The notes under the pieces are model-generated. The model was not told the origin of the DNA. It did no database searches and worked only from the letters and a program-made list of their open reading frames with translations. Positions 57,588-64,000 of a DNA stretch of 64,000 nucleotides are shown in pieces. A program made the translations under genes and the position numbers. Origin of the DNA: an uncultured bacterium (GTDB lineage: Bacteria > Babelota > Babeliae > Babelales > Vermiphilaceae). Position 1 is the first letter of the stretch. Every line of letters begins with the position of its first letter. The DNA lies in contig OY969699.1 of assembly GCA_963702025.1 (NCBI GenBank), positions 1,152,001 to 1,216,000 of the forward strand. The letters are read 5' to 3'.

Positions 57588-57676
57588 TTCGCGAATCCTT
57601 AGGCAGCCTTAGCGCCTTTTTTAGTTAATAATAGAGAAATTATCGCTCAAAAATGGGCTATTGTAAAGATTTCCCC
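57579..57676 (-). repeat. Duplicated rpmE 3' end/prfA start junction plus duplicated promoter
   Basis: 57579-57622 resembles 58502-58542, and 57630-57676 resembles 58766-58813. Both promoter copies read TTTACA-17-(G/C)ATAAT on the minus strand. Confidence 0.8.
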
Positions 57677-57936
57677 TTCAGATAATACCTTCCGTTTTAT
57701 CGATACGAAAAACATACCTGTTTTCATATTTTGGCAATCCCAAACTACTTTTTTCAATCCTTTATCAAACTATTGCTTTCTCAATTGAAGCTAATTATAA
57801 TTACAATTAGTAATACTTTTTGCAAAGAATGTTTCTTTTTTTAGGATGCTATTTAAAGAACTATTTAACAAATATAAAAAAGAAAAAAATGAAAAAACAT
57901 CAGAATAATTTAATTAAAACCATAGGGGACCTAAAA

Positions 57937-58485
57937 ATGAAGCGATTATTATTACCTTTTATCTTATTCATATCTCATTCGAGTTATAGCGTTAATGAAA
58001 TGCCAGAAGCAAGGGATGCATTGTTTGCTGCAGCGGAGCAAGGAGTGATTCAAATGGTCATAACTCTTATTGACAAACAGCATATTGATCCAAATATAAA
58101 AACCGGATTTGGCGAAACACCTCTTATGAGGGCCGCAGATAAAGGGCATACCAACGTAATTCTTTTTCTTATAGAAAAAGGAGCTAGCCTTAACTTACAA
58201 ACCGCATCAGGGATTACTGCATTAATGATGGCAGTGGGTGAAGGCCACAAAGATGCTGCAATAATTCTCATGAAAGCCGGAGCTAATCCCAACATTCAAG
58301 CAAAAGATGGCTCAACAGCGCTAATGCGTGCCGCCCAAGAGAATAATATCGAACTGGCTAAGTTGCTCTTAGATAACAATGCCAACGCATCATTAAAAGA
58401 TACAAATTACAAAAATGCACTAGATTATGCAAAGGAGACCGGCAATAAAAAACTTATACAATTATTAGAAAACCGTAAGGAATAG
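57937..58485 (+). CDS. Secreted ankyrin-repeat protein
   Basis: GGGGA RBS before MKRLLL signal peptide; repeats GETPLMRAA, GITALMMAV, GSTALMRAA, ALDYA. Confidence 0.93.
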   Translation: MKRLLLPFILFISHSSYSVNEMPEARDALFAAAEQGVIQMVITLIDKQHIDPNIKTGFGETPLMRAADKGHTNVILFLIEKGASLNLQTASGITALMMAVGEGHKDAAIILMKAGANPNIQAKDGSTALMRAAQENNIELAKLLLDNNANASLKDTNYKNALDYAKETGNKKLIQLLENRKE

Positions 58486-58521
58486 TGAACTGAATTCATA
58501 TTATTGCCATTTCGCGAATTC

Positions 58522-58731
58522 TTAGGCTTTAGCACCCTTTTTATAACGCTTTTGGAATTTTTCTATACGACCCGCAGAGTCAAGAAACTTTTGCGCGCCA
58601 GTATAAAATGGGTGACAATTTGAACAAATGGTTACATGAAGCTCAGGCGACGTTGAGCTGGTCACAAAAGCATTGCCACAGGCACAACGAGCAGTAATAT
58701 CATGTAATTCAGGATGTTTATTTTGTTTCAT
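58522..58731 (-). CDS. rpmE: 50S ribosomal protein L31 (Zn-binding type)
   Basis: [32 protein letters not shown]. Confidence 0.97.
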   Translation of the reverse strand: MKQNKHPELHDITARCACGNAFVTSSTSPELHVTICSNCHPFYTGAQKFLDSAGRIEKFQKRYKKGAKA

Positions 58732-58853
58732 AGTTTTTCCTCTCAAAATAGTATTTTCTTCAGATAATATAGGAAATTATGCCCTAAAATTGAGTATTTG
58801 TAAAGACTTTCTCGATTATTTTATTTTCTTTTAGAAATAAAATAACGCTATAC

Positions 58854-59693
58854 CTAAGCTACTTTAGGTTCGTTATAGGAAATAAAATTAATTTCATCAG
58901 TAAAAGAAGAATCCGGATAGCGGGTACGAATAAGGGAAAGCATTTTTTGCTCAGCCTCAAAAATAGTGCCCACTTCATCGATCAACCCTAGTTCAACTGC
59001 TTCAGCGGACAAAAACTCTTTTCCTTCTGCCCAGAGTTTATAGGTATCTTTTGGAAGATTTCTGTCGTTCGCAACGAGGCTAATAAATTGTTCATACTGT
59101 TTATTAAGCATGCTTTTTATATAGTCCTTATCAGCTTCGCAAAGCGCTCGATAGGGATTATGCAGAGCCTTAAATTCACCGGCAAACAGCACTTCAACAT
59201 CCATTTGTGCTTTCACATCACCAGTGGTTTTTGGCTCTTTATATTTAACAATTTCATGATAAACACCTATATTGCCGATAGATGACATGCTATGAGCAAT
59301 AATATAATCTGTTGGGCTGGCAAGAATGTAACCACCCGAAAGCGCAGATCCGACAATAACACTAACAATAGGCTTAAGCTGGCCAACTTTTTTGATTGAA
59401 TCATGGAGGGTAGAAAATAGGGAAGATGAACCGCCATAACTATCAATAATAAGAACTATACCCTGAATGCCCTCATCTTTGGCAGCGTCGATAAGATTAT
59501 GCATTAATTTTTTTAGATCAGGCGACTCAACTATATAGATCATGGCAACATTGGCCTTGAAGACGCGATTTTCTTCCAAGCTGGGAGCTACTTGCTCGGG
59601 CTTTTTGCCAAAGAAATGGCGCAAATAATTCATGCCAAACACAGGTTGCCCAATACAAGAAAAGAGTATACAGAAAAGTAGAATTTTTTTCAT
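58854..59693 (-). CDS. sppA: S49 family signal peptide peptidase (SppA-like)
   Basis: IDSYGGS, ALSGGYILAS, IGNIGV, AGEFK, AVELGLIDEVG. Confidence 0.88.
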   Translation of the reverse strand: MKKILLFCILFSCIGQPVFGMNYLRHFFGKKPEQVAPSLEENRVFKANVAMIYIVESPDLKKLMHNLIDAAKDEGIQGIVLIIDSYGGSSSLFSTLHDSIKKVGQLKPIVSVIVGSALSGGYILASPTDYIIAHSMSSIGNIGVYHEIVKYKEPKTTGDVKAQMDVEVLFAGEFKALHNPYRALCEADKDYIKSMLNKQYEQFISLVANDRNLPKDTYKLWAEGKEFLSAEAVELGLIDEVGTIFEAEQKMLSLIRTRYPDSSFTDEINFISYNEPKVA

Positions 59694-59768
59694 AGAGAAT
59701 TCCTCCAAAATGAGCAATAAACCAGATATAGATAGAATATCGCATTGACCAAAAACTGCAATAGACCA

Positions 59769-60509
59769 CTACTTTTTTAATGCATTCGCATATTCTTCAA
59801 AAAGGGTTCCATAGGGTTTCCAGAAAACTTCGCCATCCTGCATATTTTTCTTAATTGCAGAATCAATAGTTTCATAGGCCTTTATTGCCGATTCCCTGTC
59901 ACCCGTCTGCTTAATGGCCATTTCACTAATTTTAGTATTGTAGCGCTCGCCCAAGTAGTGTGTCACCGCTCCTTGAATGCTTTTCATAAAAGCTAGATTA
60001 AATGCAAGAGTGATAACGTAGGCCAACAATGCTCTTTTCCACCATTTTTCACGCACTAAGCGAGTTTTGCCGAATGCAAAATAGAGAAGAACAGCAAGTA
60101 GGATTGACAGTAGAGAATAAATATACGGAATCGCTTTTATTGGAAAAGTAGTTAATCCCTCTTTCAAAAAAAGAATGCTCCGCATGAGTAAAAACTTTTG
60201 CTGCCCTTCGGGTAATGAAGGGAACCACTCATGATTAATGATTATAAAAGGGTTGGTTGTCTGCGGATTAATGCCATGGGCAATAAACTTATTCCAAGGA
60301 TTTACTTGAATTCCCGGTTTTTTAGGCACAGCCACTTCAAATGGCGCTTGGTAATCAAGCTCTTTTGCGACCTCTTCACTCTGAGCAACGAGCTGTTCGG
60401 GCGCCTGTTGCGCATAAATGTTTTCTATGAATTCAACGTTTTTTGCTTGTACGCAAAAAGAGGCAATGAGAGTAAGTGCTAAAAAAATATTTTTTTTGTT
60501 ATACAACAT
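59769..60509 (-). CDS. M48-like membrane protein lacking HExxH
   Basis: AAGGA RBS; WFPSLPEGQQKFLLMRSILFLKEG aligns with the neighbour's FFEDLTLQEQRFIIGHELTHIKEH; two TM segments follow. Confidence 0.65.
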   Translation of the reverse strand: MLYNKKNIFLALTLIASFCVQAKNVEFIENIYAQQAPEQLVAQSEEVAKELDYQAPFEVAVPKKPGIQVNPWNKFIAHGINPQTTNPFIIINHEWFPSLPEGQQKFLLMRSILFLKEGLTTFPIKAIPYIYSLLSILLAVLLYFAFGKTRLVREKWWKRALLAYVITLAFNLAFMKSIQGAVTHYLGERYNTKISEMAIKQTGDRESAIKAYETIDSAIKKNMQDGEVFWKPYGTLFEEYANALKK

Positions 60510-61353
60510 GGTGATCCTTTTGTTGTGCTTGTAACTGAAGACAATAATTTTTTCGTTCAACGCAAGAAGGATGATCGGCAAACAATCCATAATATGAATT
60601 ATGTGATGGCATTTGATAATCAGACTGCCAGCGTTTTATGAGGGCGATAAATCCATCATGGCAATTGAGTGTAGTGAGCGCGCTATAATCTGCCACACGC
60701 TCATAATCCCGAAGATATTGTTTTTGAACAAGAGTTGCCCCTAACTCTGTTATGGCAAAAACCATGAATGTGATAACCGCGTAGATTGCAATTCTCTGTT
60801 TCTTTTCTGCAAACTTTCTCTTTATTCGCGGCGTTATATACCATCTGAAAAGAACCCAAAGAAAAATAAGCACTATTAATTGAACCATCATAATCCATAA
60901 ATTCAGATACTGCGTATGATGCTCTTTAATGTGCGTTAACTCGTGCCCAATAATGAAGCGCTGTTCTTGAAGGGTTAAATCTTCAAAAAAGCCTTCACTC
61001 ATAAAAAGAAGCGGCTGAGTGCCGGTAGGAATACAATTGAAAATAAGGGGAAAACAGGCAAAGGCATTGCAATACCCGAGCGTTAGCATAGCCGGTTGGC
61101 TCATTTTGCGAACCAAGAAATTTTCTTGAATGTTCATTTCCGCTGCAACGCTTCTGATAAATTCTTCTTGTTGAGCACTCACGGGCACCTCACCCAGAAT
61201 TTCCTGGGTAGTTCTGAGGGCATATGAATTGAGCTGATCAGCAATAAATGAGCGCTGATAGAAAAGAATACCGGCAACCAAAAATAGGCTCAAAATGAGA
61301 TACTTTGAGAAATGCTGAACGGTATACAATTTGATTGATGGCGTTGGGATCAT
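60499..61353 (-). CDS. M48 family membrane zinc metalloprotease
   Basis: NAFA, HELTH, ERVAD, DHP…ER; start at MIPTPS after AGGAG. Confidence 0.88.
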   Translation of the reverse strand: MIPTPSIKLYTVQHFSKYLILSLFLVAGILFYQRSFIADQLNSYALRTTQEILGEVPVSAQQEEFIRSVAAEMNIQENFLVRKMSQPAMLTLGYCNAFACFPLIFNCIPTGTQPLLFMSEGFFEDLTLQEQRFIIGHELTHIKEHHTQYLNLWIMMVQLIVLIFLWVLFRWYITPRIKRKFAEKKQRIAIYAVITFMVFAITELGATLVQKQYLRDYERVADYSALTTLNCHDGFIALIKRWQSDYQMPSHNSYYGLFADHPSCVERKNYCLQLQAQQKDHHVV

Positions 61354-61560
61354 TGCAATGAACTCCTGTGCATTTGTAATAGAAGCTATAGATAGTATAT
61401 CTGATAGCAAGAAATTTTCTATATTAAGATTAGCACTGATAATCCAAGAAAAGAATCCAAAAATAAGAATATACTTAACTTTTTTTATTTTTCTGTAAAA
61501 ATAGAAATTATCATAATTAATTTTTTTTAAAATAATCACAAAATCAATAGGTAGATCAGC

Positions 61561-62109
61561 ATGGAACCGCAACAAATTCTTAATGGCTTCAAGCAACTCT
61601 CAGCACAAATTAATGCGCTCAAAAAACCGGAACCTCAACCACACCGTTCATCTGATCTTAAAGATCTTTTTGCCGCGCTGGCCAAAGCACAAGCAGAAAT
61701 GCAAACTGCGGAGCTTTCGGCAGAAAATCCCTATTTTAAAAACCGTTATGCGGATTTGGCAGCAATCGTAAAAGCATCTCGGCCGGCACTCACCAATAAT
61801 GGACTTTCTATTGTGCAACAACTACTCACCGATGCCGAGGGGAATAACACCTTGCATACACTCTTAGGACATAATTCAGGCCAATGGATAGAGAGCCGCA
61901 TACGCATTGTGCCGCCCAAAAATGATGTGCAATCGATGGGCAGTTATATTACCTATTTGCGACGCTATTCAATCGCCGCACTGTGCGGCATTGTTGCCAG
62001 TGATGAAGATGATGATGGCCAACTTGCCATGCCACAGGATCGGGAACAATTTGCCAAGGCAGCGATTAATCGTTCGAATGTAGCCAAAGATAATAAGTCC
62101 AACAGCTAG
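61561..62109 (+). CDS. ERF family single-strand annealing protein
   Basis: LFAALAKAQAEM, NPYFKNRYADL, GLSIVQ, HNSGQWIES, QSMGSYITYLRRYS, DEDDDG. Confidence 0.9.
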   Translation: MEPQQILNGFKQLSAQINALKKPEPQPHRSSDLKDLFAALAKAQAEMQTAELSAENPYFKNRYADLAAIVKASRPALTNNGLSIVQQLLTDAEGNNTLHTLLGHNSGQWIESRIRIVPPKNDVQSMGSYITYLRRYSIAALCGIVASDEDDDGQLAMPQDREQFAKAAINRSNVAKDNKSNS

Positions 62110-62118
62110 ACATTAAGA

Positions 62119-62195
62119 TCCTTCGACGAGCTCAGGACGAACGGTTAGGGAGTCCGTTCGTGGTGAGTGATGCCGAAGGCATCGTATCGAACCAT
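62119..62195. repeat. Inverted doublet of REP-like palindromes (REPIN-like)
   Basis: TCCTTCGACGAGCTCAGGACGAACGG (62119-62144, minus), a 9-bp spacer, then CCGTTCGTGGTGAGT-GATGCC-GAA-GGCATC-GTATCGAACCAT (62154-62195). Confidence 0.88.
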
Positions 62196-62233
62196 CTTAC
62201 AAGGCAAGCTTCGATGAATCAACCCTGCAAGGA

Positions 62234-63847
62234 TCAAAAGTCTGCATAAGAGACATTTTTTGCACGCAAATGAGCAAGATTTCCGGTAAGCCGCGCAAGA
62301 AAATCTTCATATTTTTTTTGTTCCGGCTTACACCATGCAGTCTCTGCAAGAGCCATTAATCGGGGGCATACCATATATTCAACCTGTTCAGATGTCGGCA
62401 TATATTCGGTCCAAACATTAGCCTGCACGCCCATAATATTTTTTGCTTCTTGCGCCGTCAATGCGGCAGGAATCGGTTCATAGTCATATACCAATTGCAA
62501 CGGTAAGTAACCACCAATCGCAAGCGGCTCGAGCGATGATTTACTTTGATAATAATCAAAATAAAGTGATTCGTTTGGCGTCATTATTACTTGATGATTC
62601 ATTTGAGCCGCATGAATGCCTCCTTCAATTCCCCGCCAAGACATTACCACAGCATTGGGAGCAACTCCGCCTTCTAATATTTCGTCCCACCCGATAATGG
62701 TTCGCCCATTTTTATTAAGATATTTTTCTATACGCCTAATAAAATAACTTTGTAGTTCATCTTCATCTACTAATCTTTCAGATGCTATACGCGTTTGGCA
62801 TTTTGCGCATGATGCCCACCGGGTCTTTGGCGCTTCATCGCCACCAATATGGATATATTTGCTCGGGAAAAGCGCCATTACTTCATCAAGAACATTTTCT
62901 AAAAAGATAAACACCTGATCATTGCCCGCACAATAAATATCCTCAAAAACGCCCCATTTAGTACCCGTTACATGTCTTGCATCACGGCAAGCAAACTCAG
63001 GAAACGCTGCCAACACTGCTGCCGAATGGCCCGGCATTTCAATTTCCGGTATTATGGTCACCTGCCGCTGGGCAGCATAGGCAACAATTTCTTTTATTTC
63101 TTCCTGAGTATAGTAACCGCCATAGGCTATGCCATCATACTTATGCGGACGTTCGTATAAATGTCCATGCAATGTTTGCTCACGATAAGCAGCCACCTGC
63201 TGCAGCTGAGGATATTTTTTTATTTCAATGCGCCATCCTTGATCGTCAGTTAAGTGCCAATGAAAAGTATTTAATTTATATGATGACAAAAGATCAATAT
63301 ATTTTTTTATAAATTCAACACTAAACATATGGCGCGCCACATCAAGATGTAATCCCCGATACGCAAATCGAGGTTCATCGTAGATTGTTACGCAGGGCAC
63401 AGAAATTGCGCCACTCTTAATTATCAAACCCCGTTCAGCTACCGGAGGCAACAGTTGCCGCAACGTTTGAAATGCCCAAAAAGCACCGATTGCACTACCT
63501 GCTTTAATATGAATTTTTTCGGGGGTAATGGAAAGTTCATATGCTTCAGGGTGTTTTATTGAGTCATCAATAACAATCTGAATAGATGCCATTTCTAAGC
63601 GGGAAGCTAAACAAATTTCACCAGTCGCCAGTGCCAAAAAGTCTGCAATAAAAAAAACCACTTTTTTAGTATCTTCTGTCCAGGGGCTAATCCAAATACT
63701 GGTTTTACTGGTGATTGAAAAAGTCCCGGAAGCAGGTAACAGGGTAACTGGCTTGGGAATAAGAGGATAGCGCTTTGCAAGATCATCTGCCTGCGCACAT
63801 ACTATTATCAATACACATAAACCTATCATCGACAAACTATTTTTCAT
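62234..63847 (-). CDS. Beta-N-acetylhexosaminidase (GH20), secreted
   Basis: DEPRFAYRGLHLDVARH, HWHLTDDQGWR, PEIEMPGH, catalytic HIGGDE, WTEY; signal peptide. Confidence 0.95.
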   Translation of the reverse strand: MKNSLSMIGLCVLIIVCAQADDLAKRYPLIPKPVTLLPASGTFSITSKTSIWISPWTEDTKKVVFFIADFLALATGEICLASRLEMASIQIVIDDSIKHPEAYELSITPEKIHIKAGSAIGAFWAFQTLRQLLPPVAERGLIIKSGAISVPCVTIYDEPRFAYRGLHLDVARHMFSVEFIKKYIDLLSSYKLNTFHWHLTDDQGWRIEIKKYPQLQQVAAYREQTLHGHLYERPHKYDGIAYGGYYTQEEIKEIVAYAAQRQVTIIPEIEMPGHSAAVLAAFPEFACRDARHVTGTKWGVFEDIYCAGNDQVFIFLENVLDEVMALFPSKYIHIGGDEAPKTRWASCAKCQTRIASERLVDEDELQSYFIRRIEKYLNKNGRTIIGWDEILEGGVAPNAVVMSWRGIEGGIHAAQMNHQVIMTPNESLYFDYYQSKSSLEPLAIGGYLPLQLVYDYEPIPAALTAQEAKNIMGVQANVWTEYMPTSEQVEYMVCPRLMALAETAWCKPEQKKYEDFLARLTGNLAHLRAKNVSYADF

Positions 63848-64000
63848 ATTTTTACCATTCTTTTGACGATTATCATTAAAACAACATGCAGAACAGAATA
63901 TCACAAAAATAATTTTACGTGAAAACTTTACATCCCTGGCAAAATCATCCTGACATGCTACACTTGAACGGTAATATTAAGCCCATTTAAAGAAAATATG

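Noticed and set aside
61354..61596. Long N-terminal extensions given by the ORF track (also for rplU, ppsA, nupC, the ankyrin gene and GH20)
   Set aside because: They are AT-rich upstream read-through; downstream starts have better RBS motifs or match family N-termini.

Overview
This is an AT-rich bacterial chromosome segment. The gene content suggests Candidatus Dependentiae/Babelota (TM6, intracellular parasites of protists); this is an inference from an alpha2-type GlyRS, ankyrin and F-box-like genes, a nucleoside importer and many signal-peptide hypotheticals. Housekeeping genes are tlyA, an HtrA-like protease, glyQS, ktrB/ktrA, rplU, cfa, mutS, uvrA, rodA, ruvB, yebC, yicC, dnaE, pheS, galU, ppsA, pyrG, nupC, prfA, rpmE, sppA and a GH20 hexosaminidase. 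There are four tRNAs (Arg-UCG, His-GUG, Pro-UGG, Phe-GAA) and one intact-looking IS4-family element with terminal inverted repeats and a 6-bp target duplication. The strongest candidate new system is a 95-aa stand-alone GIY-YIG nuclease gene bracketed by two inverted copies of a structured palindrome. Six more copies of that palindrome lie in the window, with covarying stems and mostly GNA triloops. The arrangement resembles REP/RAYT, but with a GIY-YIG protein. A second palindrome family abuts tRNA 3' ends and carries nested 30-35 nt insertions. Other observations: a duplicated rpmE-prfA junction and promoter around an ankyrin gene, a frameshifted secreted F-box-like gene, an apparently split beta-helix protein in a surface-protein locus, secreted HAD paralogs including a probable pseudo-enzyme, and a UvrA lacking its insertion domain. 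All calls come from reading motifs by eye; no database searches were run.
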